From: the human T2T-CHM13v2.0 reference genome, Homo sapiens
DNA length: 64,000 nt
Assembly: GCF_009914755.1 (NCBI RefSeq)
Contig: NC_060926.1
Reading direction: 5' to 3' (one strand)
The first letter of the stretch is position 1, and each line of letters starts with the position of its first letter. A model generated the notes under the pieces. It made no database searches. It was not told the origin of the DNA and worked only from the letters and a program-made list of their open reading frames with translations. A program made the position numbers and the translations under genes. Positions 15,811 to 34,249 of the stretch are shown here, in pieces.

Positions 15811-18193
15811 AAGAATGTTTTGCCCATCTTATGTTTTACCCATGTGCTCTATAGCAGTTAACACTGGGCTTATTAAAGGTACTCAATATGTGATTGTAAA
15901 TTAACTGGTGAAGCATTCCCTCATTCTTGTTTATTTTATACATTTATTTAATGAAGCCCTTTTCATAGAAATTGTCAAGATAAATGTATCCTCATTTAGA
16001 TCAAAACAAATTCTAAATTAATGAAGTCATGACATTTTACTGTATTTTGGTTTTTTTGGTTTATCTGTGAAGTCCTCAAACCTGTGAGTAGTGCTGACCC
16101 TAGCCTTGAATGAACAGCCCTGTACTAACTGCAAGGCCAGAAGAACCCCTGCCCTTCCCCTCCCCACCCCCCCACATCATTTCCAGAAGTTCTAAAGAAC
16201 AGTTGAAATTTACGGAGATCAGACTGGGTTGAGTGTGGGATTTCCAGGGTGGGTTCTAGAAGGAGAAGTGGGTCTTCTGTAGTTTGTTGAAATTTTATTT
16301 TCCAAACCCAGCCCCCAAGTTTTTCTTCCTCTATTTATGTGCAAGGACAAAACAGTTACTGTCCTACCTACATAGGATATGGACTCTGTCTGCTCTGAGC
16401 CCATTTTAGTTTAGAATATAGAGACCTCCCTCCAGGTCCTAAGAGAGAGATTCCATGAGAGATGTGCAACACCATAAGGTTGGTGATTTGTACTTTGAAA
16501 TGGCTGCCTTTATTTCCTTTAAAGTCAATATCTTATATTTGAATAAACACAGTTTGCAAAGCATCTTTACAGAAATCTCATTGGATCCTCACGGTCACCT
16601 TTTTTCTGAGACAGAGTCTCACTCTTTCACCCAGGCTGGAGTGCAGTGGAGCGATCTTGGCTCCTCCACTTCCTGGGCTCGAGTGATCCTCCTTCCTTAG
16701 CCTCCCAAGTAGCTGGGACCACAGATGCGTGCCACCATGCCCAGCCAATTTTTGTATTTTTGGTAGAGATGGGGTTTCGCCATGTTGCCCAGGCTGGTCT
16801 CAAACTCTGCAGCTCAAGCAATCCACCCGCCTTGGCCTCCCAAAGTGCTGGGATTACAGGTATGAGCCACTGTACCCTGCCCTCACAGTCACCTTTTGAA
16901 GAACCTCCTGCTCAAGAGATCCTCCTGCCTCAGCCTCCTGAGTAGCTGTGATGACTACAGGCTTGTACTACCATGCCTGGCTAGTTTTTTTATTTTTTGT
17001 AGAGACGGGGTTCCCTGTGATGCCCAGGGTGGTCTCAAACTCCTGAGCTCAAGCCATCCTCCCACCTCAGCCTCCCAAAGTGCTGGGATTGTAGGTGTGA
17101 GCCACTGCACCTGGCCAAGCATTAGTTTTAATCTTGTTTTATAGATGAATAAACTGGGGCTGACTCAAACTGACTCAAAGTCACACTGTCATTACCTTTT
17201 TGATCCTGTACGTTAGACTGGGCTGTATGCATGTTCTTGCTGGCCCAATAAAGTTGCAAGTGCCAGCTAACAGCCCTTCCCACTCCACCTCACCACCTCA
17301 TAGAGGAAAATTGTGACGTTAATGGGAAATGTCAGCGGTAATGTCTTCAGGCTGGGCCTGTGGAGTGACTCCCTTGCCACAGGATATTTAAGCAATGCTG
17401 TGTCTTGTCTGAGGCTCAGACCTGCTATTCTTATTGGCACTTGGGACCTGCATGGTTTTTGGCTTCACCTCCAGCTTTAGCCATTTTTCTTCTGTTCTTT
17501 TAGGTAAGGATTTTCTGCCCCAGACCTCAGATTCCCATTTCCTTCCTAGCTTCTCTGCTGTTATAGCTCAGTCTCTTCCAAGACCATGCAAGATTCAGAC
17601 CCTAGTAGGAGGAGATGGAGGAACTAGGACTTAAACCCACATCTTGTGATTCCAAGGCTGGTTCCTCTTTTGCCCTGCACCACACAGCTGTCTGCTCACA
17701 GTCATGTGACAGGGGCTTCCCCAGCCAGAACCTCCAGGGAGCACAAATAAAGGAAAGAGCTGGAAGGCACAGTACAGCATTTGTTCTGTCCAAGCCTTAC
17801 ATATCAGCATGGGCAGGGAGAATGTGGTGAAGTTTTCTTTCAAGGACTTTGTTTGATAAGGAAGGACATTTATCAGTAAAGAGAGGTTTTGAGGGAAGTG
17901 AACCAATCTTGAGATAAGTACACAAAAGAGCTTTGAGTCTGGTGTTTCCCTGTTTGCTTCTGCCCCCTGGAGGAGCAAATACTCCATGATTAGAGACGTG
18001 TGAGTCCTTTGGAATAGAATAGCAGTGATGGAACTGGAGTCCTAGTCCAGGTTCTCTCCTTGTTCAGCCTGGATTCAGCACTGGGTATCGAAACAAGCCT
18101 GCACCCTCAGAGGAGATGGCTAGGGGACAGTGCGTCCAGGCCTCTTCTACCACACAGAGTTTTCTTTTTTTTATAAAGGGTATACACATTTAA

Positions 18194-18685
<492 letters not shown>

Positions 18686-18762
18686 TAATGATGCTTATTG
18701 ATTATAGACTTAGGAATATCAGCACCTCCTTTGTAGCTCTTCATTCTTACATGATATAATAA

Positions 18763-18978
<216 letters not shown>

Positions 18979-19179
18979 TGAACTCCTGACCTCAGGTAAT
19001 CTGCCCGCCTCAGCCTCCCAAAGTGCTGGGATTACAGGTGAGCCACTGCGCCCAGCCAATAATTCATTGTTTAATCCTTAGTTGTGGGCCAAGCAAAGGA
19101 GAAAAGTAAGAAGCCTTTTCCTTTTACCGATAGGAAAGGTCAAAGGACTTACCTGGTGAATTATTTACCTAAAAATGTA

Positions 19180-19545
19180 TACAAATCACTCCAAAATTTA
19201 GTGGCTAAAAACAACAGTACTAATTTAATTATATCTTCACAGTTACTAATTTAATTATATCCTCACCTGTGGGTGAGGAATTTAGGAGCAGCTTAGCTGG
19301 GCTGTTCTGGCCCAGAGTCTAGTGAAGTTGTGGTCAGTTGTCAGCTGGGTCATCTGAATGCTTGATTGGGATTGGAGGCTCCACTTCTATGGTGGTCACT
19401 CACATGACTGAGAAGTTGGTGCTAGCTGTTGGCAGGAAGCCTGTTCTTCATGTGGGCCTCTCTGAGGGACTGCTTGAGTACTTTCATGATGTGGTGGTGG
19501 GCTTCTCCCAGAGTGAGCCACTCAGAAGAGAGAAAGATTGTGAGG
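19180..19545 (-). mobile_element. Old MLT1 (MaLR) LTR fragment with an internal 26-bp tandem duplication (~19218-19266)
   Basis: caaatcactccaaaatttagtggctaaaaacaac...gcagcttagctggg...; tactaatttaattatatc(t/c)tcac occurs twice. Confidence 0.65.
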
Positions 19546-19881
19546 TCTGGACTTCAATAAGAAGATTGTTGAAGAAAAAAAGGTTTTGTCCCCCCTTGGT
19601 TTGATTGGACTAGAGTGGGCTCAGTCTGTGCCTGTGGCTGGCATCAGGCAGGAACAGTGGTATAGCAGGGTATAGACCATATTTAGGGACCTAAAATCAC
19701 ATCTTTCATGATTCATGTGGTTCTTGTTCCAACTGCCCAGGACTCAGGCACATCAAAATATGACACAAAAGCAGAAGCTTTTCATAATGGAGATTAGACC
19801 ATGTCTAGGATTCCTACCCAGTCCTCTTGAGCTCTCCTCACTCCAGTGTTGTTTTCCATGTTTGTTTTTTGTTTTCCCCAG

Positions 19882-20392
19882 AGCTTCTTCGAGACACCTT
19901 CACTTCCCTGGGCTATGAAGTCCAGAAATTCTTGCATCTCAGTATGCATGGTATATCCCAGATTCTTGGCCAATTTGCCTGTATGCCCGAGCACCGAGAC
20001 TACGACAGCTTTGTGTGTGTCCTGGTGAGCCGAGGAGGCTCCCAGAGTGTGTATGGTGTGGATCAGACTCACTCAGGGCTCCCCCTGCATCACATCAGGA
20101 GGATGTTCATGGGAGATTCATGCCCTTATCTAGCAGGGAAGCCAAAGATGTTTTTTATTCAGAACTATGTGGTGTCAGAGGGCCAGCTGGAGGACAGCAG
20201 CCTCTTGGAGGTGGATGGGCCAGCGATGAAGAATGTGGAATTCAAGGCTCAGAAGCGAGGGCTGTGCACAGTTCACCGAGAAGCTGACTTCTTCTGGAGC
20301 CTGTGTACTGCGGACATGTCCCTGCTGGAGCAGTCTCACAGCTCACCGTCCCTGTACCTGCAGTGCCTCTCCCAGAAACTGAGACAAGAAAG
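19882..20392 (+). CDS. CFLAR: CFLAR large coding exon, pseudo-caspase p20/p10 region (aa ~265-435)
   Basis: ttccccAG|AG CTT CTT ... GAA AG|GTGAG; 511 nt. VLVSRGG (Arg at the catalytic His position, 20031-33), QNYVV (Tyr at the catalytic Cys position, 20166-68), LEVD/G caspase-8 cleavage site (Asp at 20214-16). Confidence 0.98.
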
Positions 20393-20583
20393 GTGAGCCC
20401 CCAGGAGGTGGTCAGTTCCGGACCACCTGCTTATTTTCGTGCCACCAGGATGGGAATTACCACTGTGCCACATTTGCTGCCCATCTCTTCCGGGAGGAAA
20501 AGAGATTTTCCCTCCTGCATTGGGCTTGCCCTAGGACTACAGTATAGACCCGGCATGATTTATAAATACTTTGTAGTTAGTTA

Positions 20584-21832
<1,249 letters not shown>

Positions 21833-22441
21833 CTGGAAGTATGTTTGTAAGCCCAGATGGAATCATCATCTATTGTTTCTTTTTTTTAATTAAAAAAATT
21901 TTAATACAGTTCAAATCCCCATGTCTGGCTCATTTCAGCTCCTTTACTGCCAAAGCAGGGGACAAGGACTGCTTCAGTTTCTCTGCCTTCTCTTTCTCTG
22001 AAGGTATCTGCTGCATTGAACTTGAAAGTTCACATTATCCTTATTTTTCTTGATCTTGACAGATTTGGCATCCTTTCACCTGGCTGTGAGCAGAAAGTCC
22101 TTGATTTCCTCAATTTTGCAAGGCATGGCGATGAGGCACACAGGGAGAGGACAAGGACAGGCACCCCTCTATCCCATGTATCACCCAAAAGACACTCACA
22201 GCCTGCCATCACTTTATAACCTGCTTTTAGTTTGTTTAACAGTAGATCACAAACATTTTTGCATGTCAGTAGTCACATTTCTACAGCATCAGTTTAATGT
22301 ATGCACAATAGCCCATAATATGGCCATAGCTTAATTTACTTGATCAATCTTCAGTTGTTGCACAGTGTTTGCTTTCATACGAAGTAAGTATTAAACATCC
22401 TTGTAACTTAGTATTTGTTCTTATCCTTAATTGTTTTCTAG

Positions 22442-22526
22442 GGGGACAATTCCCGGAAGTGGAATTACAGAGTCAAAGGACATGCATTTTTCAAGCCTCG
22501 GATGCATCTTACTAGATGTCCTATAG
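22442..22526 (+). CDS. CFLAR: CFLAR alternative terminal exon, (R)GTIPGSGITESKDMHFSSLGCILLDVL* (~462-aa isoform)
   Basis: ttgttttctAG|G GGG ACA ATT ... CTA TAG, phase 2, compatible with the donor at 20392; AATAAA at 22878-22883. The peptide matches a recalled CFLAR isoform C-terminus. Confidence 0.75.
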
Positions 22527-23280
22527 GATGGTCATATCAGCTTTATAGGAGAGTAGCTGTGTCCCTGAATTCTCCCTGACACTGCATGCTCTTATATTTC
22601 CTCAAGTTTTGACAATTTGATAGGTGAAAAGTGGTATCTGACTGTTCAGATCTGGAAGGCTTTGTTATATAAACATTTTTTTAATGTTTATTGGCAAGAA
22701 TACTTTTCTAAGAGAAACATCAGTGAGCTGGTTTCCATTTAAGCTGAATGAAGCCACAATGTACCTCAAGTATAAGATTAACTGGCCTTTTTCAGTTGCA
22801 CTCTAATTACAATTTAGAATGATGTTTCTGAGCCACCTGTCAAATGCATTCTGGGCTGTACCTCTGCGTACCCCAGGAATAAATCTCATGGCCTTCTTTA
22901 CCTGGCCTCCTTAGTGGTGGCCCAGCAGGAAGCGGGGGTTAGAGCAGGAGCCACTCAGCCTTCCAAGATAGATACTCCATGGGCCGGTGGTATTACTGGC
23001 CTTTTGAGCCCATCCCCATTTGCATAGATGATCCACGTGGGTTATCATCTGGCTGGTATGTTCCCAGAGTGAAACTCAGCAGCCCCTTGAGGGAGGGGAT
23101 GGTGGCCATCAGGCCAGAGTATTGCAAGTTAGTTTGGATCATTTGCTAAGCAGCTTGTGGTGCCTTCAGAAAGGAACAGTTTCAAAGAACTTTCACATCT
23201 GTTGGCTCATTTCGCCCTAATGACAGTCTTCTCTTTGATATTTGCATGGCATTAAATTTTGCCTTTCTTGTTTTCTCCAG

Positions 23281-23419
23281 AAAACGCCCACTCCTGGATC
23301 TTCACATTGAACTCAATGGCTACATGTATGATTGGAACAGCAGAGTTTCTGCCAAGGAGAAATATTATGTCTGGCTGCAGCACACTCTGAGAAAGAAACT
23401 TATCCTCTCCTACACATAA
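23281..23419 (+). CDS. CFLAR: CFLAR last coding exon, (R)KRPLLDLHIELNGYMYDWNSRVSAKEKYYVWLQHTLRKKLILSYT*
   Basis: ttttctccAG|A AAA CGC ... TAC ACA TAA; completes 480-aa c-FLIP-L given the 202 residues encoded upstream of the window. Confidence 0.98.
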
Positions 23420-23429
23420 GAAACCAAAA

Positions 23430-23740
23430 GGCTGGGCGTAGTGGCTCACACCTGTAATCCCAGCACTTTGGGAGGCCAAGGAGGGCAGATCACTTCAGGT
23501 CAGGAGTTCGAGACCAGCCTGGCCAACATGGTAAACGCTGTCCCTAGTAAAAATACAAAAATTAGCTGGGTGTGGGTGTGGGTACCTGTATTCCCAGTTA
23601 CTTGGGAGGCTGAGGTGGGAGGATCTTTTGAACCCAGGAGTTCAGGGTCATAGCATGCTGTGATTGTGCCTACGAATAGCCACTGCATACCAACCTGGGC
23701 AATATAGCAAGATCCCATCTCTTTAAAAAAAAAAAAAAAA
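23430..23740 (+). mobile_element. Sense Alu starting 11 nt after the CFLAR stop codon
   Basis: ggctgggcgtagtggctcacacc ... poly(A) at 23725-23740. Confidence 0.95.
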
Positions 23741-23762
23741 GGACAGGAACTATCTTACTCAA

Positions 23763-24200
23763 TGTATTAGTCATGTTTCTCTAGAGGGACAGAACTAATA
23801 GGATACATGTATATAAAAAGGGGAGTTTATTAAGGAGTATTGACTCACATGATCACAGGGTTAGGTCCCACAATAGGTCATCTTCAAGCAAGGAAGCCAA
23901 TTCAAGTCCCAAAGCTGAAGAACTTGGAGTCCAATGTTTGAGGGCAGGAAGCATTCAGCATGAGAGAAAGATGGAGGCCAGAAGACTACACCAGTCTAGT
24001 CTTTCCATGTTTTGCCTGCTTTTATTCTGGCAGTGCTGGCAGCTGATTAGATGGTGCCCACCCAGATTGAGGATGGTCTGCCTTTCCCAGTCCACTGACT
24101 CAAATGTTAAATCTCCTTTGGCAGCACCCTCACAGATGTACCCGGGAACACTTTGCATCCTTCTATTCAATCAAGTTGATACTCAGTATTAACCATCACA
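23763..24200 (-). mobile_element. MLT2A-like (ERVL) solo LTR
   Basis: TGTATTAGTC...CTCTAGAGGGACAGAACTAATAGG...ACTCAGTATTAACCATCACA; TG...CA ends typical of MLT2A1/2. Confidence 0.85.
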
Positions 24201-24550
24201 GTCCATTTGGGCAACTATACCAAATTACCATAGACCAGGTGACTTAAACAGCAGTTATTTCTCACAGTTCCGGAGGCTGGGAAATCCAACATCTAAGTGG
24301 TAGCATATCTGGTGTCTGGTAAGGCATGCTTCCAGATCTTACCAGATGTCAGTCTTTTGATGTTCTCACATGGCAGAAAAAGAGGATGCAAACTCTCAAG
24401 TATATCTTTAAGGGCACAAATTCCATTCATGAGGACTCTACCCTCATCACCTAATTACCTCCCAAAGGCCCCACCTTCTGATACTGTCACTTTGGGGATA
24501 CTGTCTCCCCTTTGAATTCTGGGGGGGATACAAACATTCAGTTTGTAACA
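24201..24550 (-). mobile_element. MLT1A-like MaLR LTR
   Basis: gtccatttgggcaactat...tttctcacagttccggaggctgggaaatcc...tacaaacattcagtttgtaaca. Confidence 0.75.
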
Positions 24551-24682
24551 ATAGCCTTATGATTTAGAGGTTACTTGTTCATTCACCTAGACCTCAAATT
24601 GCATTTTACAGCTAGTCAAGTATATCTTTCTCTGATTTGATAGTGTGACCTAAAAGGGGACCATTGTTTGAAATATCATTAG

Positions 24683-25003
<321 letters not shown>

Positions 25004-25019
25004 TATTATTATTTTTAAA

Positions 25020-26441
25020 TTTTTTTTTTTAATTGATCATTCTTGGGTGTTTCTCACAGAGGGTGATTTGGCAGGGTCACAGGACAATAGTGGAGGGAAG
25101 GTCAGCAGATAAACAAGTGAACAAAGGTCTCTGGTTTTCCTAGGCAGAGGACCCTGCGGCCTTCCGCAGTGTTTGTGTCCCTGGGTACTTGAGATTAGGG
25201 AGTGGTGATGACTCTTAAGGAGCATGCTGCCTTCAAGCATCTGTTTAACAAAGCACATCTTGCACTGCCCTTAATCCATTTAACCCTGAGTGGACACAGC
25301 ACATGTTTCAGAGAGCACAGGGTTGGGGGTAAGGTCATAGATCAACAGCATCCTAAGGCAGAAGAATTTTTCTTAGTACAGAACAAAATGAAGTCTCCCA
25401 TGTCTACTTCTTTCTACACAGACACAGCAACAATCTGATTTCTCTATCTTTTCCCCACCTTTCCCCCTTTTCTATTCCACAAAACCGCCATCGTCATCAT
25501 GGCCTGTTCTCAATGAGCTGTTGGGTACACCTCCCAGACGGGGTGGCGGCTGGGCAGAGGGGCTCCTCACTTCCCAGATGGGGCGGCCAGGCGGACGCGC
25601 CCCCCACCTCCCTCCCGGACGGGATAGCTGGCCGGGCGGGGGCTGACCCCCCACCTCCCTCCCCGACGGGGCGGCTGGCCGGGCGGGGGCTGACCCCCCC
25701 GCCTCCCTCCCGGACGGGGCGGCTGCCAGGCGGAGGGGCTCCTCACTTCTCAGACGGGGTGGCTGCTGGGCGGAGACGCTCCTCACTTCCCAGACAGGGT
25801 GGCTGTCGGGCGGAGGGGCTCCTCACTTCTCAGACGGGGCAGCTGCCGGGCGGAGGGGCTCCTCACTTCTCAGACGGGGTGGCCGGGCAGAGAAGCTCCT
25901 CACATCCCAGACAGGGGGGCGGGGCAGAGGCGCTCCCCACATCTCAGACGATGGGCGGCCGGGCAGAGACGCTCCTCACTTCATCCCAGACGGGGTGGCG
26001 GCCGGGCAGAAGCTGTAATCTCGGCACCCTGGGGGGCCAAGGCAGGCGGCTGGGAGGCGGAGGCCGTAGCCAGCTGAGATCACACCACTGCACTCCAGCC
26101 TGGGCAACATTGAGCACTGAGTGGACGAGACTCTGCCCGCAATCCCGGCACCTCGGGAGGCCGAGGCTGGCAGATCACTCGCAGTCAGGAGCTGGAGACC
26201 AGCCCGGCCAACACAGTGAAACCCCGTCTCCACCAAAAAAATACGAAAACCAGTCAGGCGTGGCGGCGCCCGCAATGGCAGGCACGCGGCAGGCCGAGGC
26301 GGGAGAATCAGGCAGGGAGGCTGCAGTGAGCCGAGATGGCAGCAGTACAGTCCAGCTTCGGCTCGGCATCAGAGGGAGACCGTGGAAAGAGAGAGAGAGG
26401 GAGACCGTGGGGAGAGGGAGAAGAGAGGGAGAGGGAGAGGG
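25020..26441 (-). mobile_element. SVA retrotransposon with all domains (~1.4 kb)
   Basis: On + strand: poly(T), SINE-R (aattgatcattcttgggtgtttctc...), GC-rich VNTR (~25530-26000, cctcacttctcagacgggg units), Alu-like domain, (AGAGGG)n hexamers. TSD tatttttaaa at 25010-25019 and 26443-26452. Confidence 0.96.
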
Positions 26442-27478
26442 CTATTTTTAAAATTTTTTAAAATTGCTGAACAGGGGTACCTCTGGGCAGTGTGTCAGAA
26501 TACCACTTTTTAAATATTTTATGATTTATTTATTTTTCTATTTGAGGTTTTAACTGATGTGTATCTGTATGTCTATTTGTGTATATTTTGTCATGATCAT
26601 GTAACAGAGTCTGAAAAGTGTCGAAGAGACAGTTTTCAGGAACAACAAGCAATTATTCCTACTTTCCAAGTTATTTTGATGCCATGGTGGCTCATACCTA
26701 TAATCTGAGTACTTTGGGAGGCTGAGGTGGACTGATCACTTGAGCCCAGGAGTTTGAGACCAGCCTGGGCAACATAGCAAGACTCCATCTCTACAAAAAA
26801 AGACAAAATTTAGCTGAGCGTGGTGGCGTGTTCCTGTAGTCCCAGCTACTTGGGAGGCTGAAGTGAGTGGATCCCCTGAGCCCAGAGAGGTCAAGGTTGT
26901 GGTGAGCTGTGATCGCACCACTGCACTTCAGCATGGGAGACAGAGTGAGACCCTGTTTCAGAAAAAATAAATAAATAAAACCACCAGCACCACAAACAAC
27001 AACAAAAAGTTATTTTGTACTTGTTTTGAGCACAGGACTCCTGAGGGTATCTTTGCATTTAATATTACATAGGGGTGCCAGTGGGAAGTAATGTGTATGC
27101 TTGGCCTCATGAGCTAAAACCCTGTGTTAATTATGACAGAAGGAAAGTGTGTGAGAGGGATCTTAACTACCTAGCAGCTCTAGCTGCCATCTTGAACCAT
27201 GAAGATACGGGCCACACGTAGGGGTAGCTGGGTAGTGAGCAGCAAGAAGCCTTGTTGGATGAGGGCACGAAGGAGCAGAATCACTGGAATCACTGTGTCA
27301 GCCCTAATTACCTACCTCTGGACTTTTATGTGAGGGGAAAAAAAATTGACAGTTTATATTTATCTCAACCTAGTTAACCCAAGTGATGCATTGTTATGAG
27401 ATTAAAATGTTTGGAGGCCGGGTGCGGTGGCTCACGCCTATAATCCCAGCCCTTTGGGAGGCCAAGGCGGGCGGATCA

Positions 27479-29731
<2,253 letters not shown>

Positions 29732-30420
29732 TACAGCTTTTGGTGATACAGTGAATCAGATTTTTCATTAATTCTTTTAATTGGTTATTACTGAACATGA
29801 AAAAGTAATGTTTGTATTGAAATCTTGAGTCTGGCCATGTTTCTATTTTAAATTCATAAAGAATTCTAACGAGGAATTCCAAGAATGTCATAAATGGATG
29901 TTTCTCCATGGATGAAGGAACTGTTTTATTCACTTGCTGATAATTCAGCCTAATCCAGTTTGACATCATATAGATAAGTAGTTGAATTATGGATTTAAAA
30001 TACATATCATTTTCTAACTCCAAAGGTAATACTTATTTAAATGGTTTTGAAAATATAGAAAGGCACAATTTCTTTTTAAATCTGTTATTCTCCACCACCA
30101 CTCAATCTGTCTATCATCTATCTCTCCATTCATTCTTCCATTTGTTTATATCTGTTAATCTTTGTATGTGTTCATGTATAGCTTTTACATGATTGGAATC
30201 ATAATGCATATTCCATTTTGAAGTCTGCTTTTTTTTACACAAAAATATGTTGTGAATATTTTCCTATATTATGAAATATCATTAGCTGAGCTTTTAGAAT
30301 TGACTGCATGTTTTGGTACCATTTAGATATAGTTTAAGATACTTAGAAGTTATGTGGCTTTGCCACTATGGATGAATCTTATTTACTCAATATTAATTAC
30401 TTACAAATAACCTCACCTAA

Positions 30421-30758
30421 ACACTACTCAGCCATAAAAAGGAATGAATTAATGACATTCACAGCAACCTGGAGACTATTACTCTAAAGGAAGTAACTGA
30501 GGAATGGAAAACCAAACATTGTATGTTCTCACTCATAAGTGGGAGATAAGCTATGAGGATGCAAAGGCATAAGAAGGATACAATGGACTTTGGGGACTTA
30601 GGGGAAAGGGTGGGAGGGGGGTGAAGGATAAAAGAATACAAATTGGGTTCAGTGTATACTGCTCAGGTGATGGGTGCACCAGAATCTCACAAGTAACCAC
30701 TTAATTACTTACGCATGTAACCAGATACCACCTGTTCCCCAAACACCTATGGAAATAA
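30421..30758 (+). mobile_element. L1PB-like 3' end fragment
   Basis: cagccataaaaaggaatgaattaatgacattcacagcaacctgg...aatggactttggggactta...cacctatggaaataa, typical of the L1PB 3' UTR. Confidence 0.8.
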
Positions 30759-30774
30759 TTTTGTTTTTTTTTTT

Positions 30775-31110
30775 AAAAAAGGAATGAGATCATGTCCTTT
30801 GCAGGGACATGGATGAAGCTGGAAGCCATTATCCTCAGCAAACTAACAGAGGAGCAGGAAACCAAACACCACATGTTCTCACTTGTAAGCGGAAGCTGAA
30901 CAATGAGAACACACGGACACAGGGATGAGATCAACACACACTGGGGCCTGATGCAGGGGCCGTAGCGGGGAGAGCATCAGGATAACTAGCTAATGCATGT
31001 GGGGCTTAATACCTAGGTGATACGTTGATAGGTGCAGCAAACCACCATGGGACACGTTTACCTATGTAACAAACCCGCACATCCTGCACTTGTATCCAGA
31101 ACTTAAAATA
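30775..31110 (+). mobile_element. 3' end of the same L1PA, resuming after an insert
   Basis: aaaaaaggaatgagatcatgtcctttgcagggacatggatgaagctgg continues L1 directly from gcagccat at 29731 and ends ...tatccagaacttaaaata. Confidence 0.88.
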
Positions 31111-31854
31111 TTTTAAAAATCTTTAGAGAATACAAAAAAAAAAAGATTCTTCAATGCATACACAATAAAATTGCAGTTCAGTCAAACATTGGAAGTCTTT
31201 CTCTAACTGTCTAGTTGGTATCTTCATTTTCAGCTTCTTCAAGATCCCACTCCAAACACTGTTAGCTCAGCCAAATTGAACAGCTCATATCTCCTACCTC
31301 TGGATCTTTGGTTCTGGTGATTGTATATTTCTGGACCATCTGGAACCCCAGCATATCACCCTACCCCACATCTCCACATCCCCAAAATATAACCATACTT
31401 CAAGGGCAGTTCAAATACCATCTCCTTCTATCCTCCATGAAGTCAGTTATCTCTTCCATTGGAATTATCGCCCCCTCTCCTGAACAGTACTATTTCGTGT
31501 GAATCTCCTCCAAGCCTTCTTTTCATTTTATATCTCATGCTGTAATTCTTGGAAAGTATGCTGTAGCTCAAGTGCAGAATTCTCATCAGTTTTATCTTTA
31601 TATCTCTCCTAAACACTTTACCTGATGAAGAGCCTGGCATACACATAAATATATATTGAATGAATCAGTGATGGATTGAAAAGAGAAATGATGGATCTCC
31701 TAAATTTTAACTTTTATAAAATATTTTGATACATTCATGACCTTACTTTAGCAAGCAATGAACGTGATGTAAACTATTGTTGATATAGTTTTTATATTGG
31801 AAGTGTAAGTAGTTTGTGGCATGGGATTGTGACATATCCTAGGTTTCCTCATCT

Positions 31855-33985
<2,131 letters not shown>

Positions 33986-34249
33986 TGTTGTTGTTGTTCT
34001 TCTTTTTTCTTTTGTAGAGATGAGGCCTTGCTATGTTGCCCAGGCTGGTCTCAAACTCCTGGCCTCAAACAATCCTCCCACCTCCACCTCCCAAAGTGCT
34101 GAGGGGTGAGCCACTGCAACTGGCCTGTTCTTTTTCAAAATTGTTAGGGCTGTATTGGGTTTACCTTTCCCTAAATTTTCATATAACTGTTAGGATTCAC
34201 TTGCAAATTTATGTAAAAAGGGCCTCTGGAATTTTGATAGTGATTACAC

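Noticed and set aside
17506-17526. KDFLPQT resembling EAFLPQS of FLIP-L
   Set aside because: Only a 4-residue match, and the genuine sequence spans a splice junction; likely coincidence.
25037-26451. 312-aa and other GC-rich ORFs
   Set aside because: Entirely within the SVA VNTR, Alu-like and SINE-R domains; stop-poor repeat sequence.
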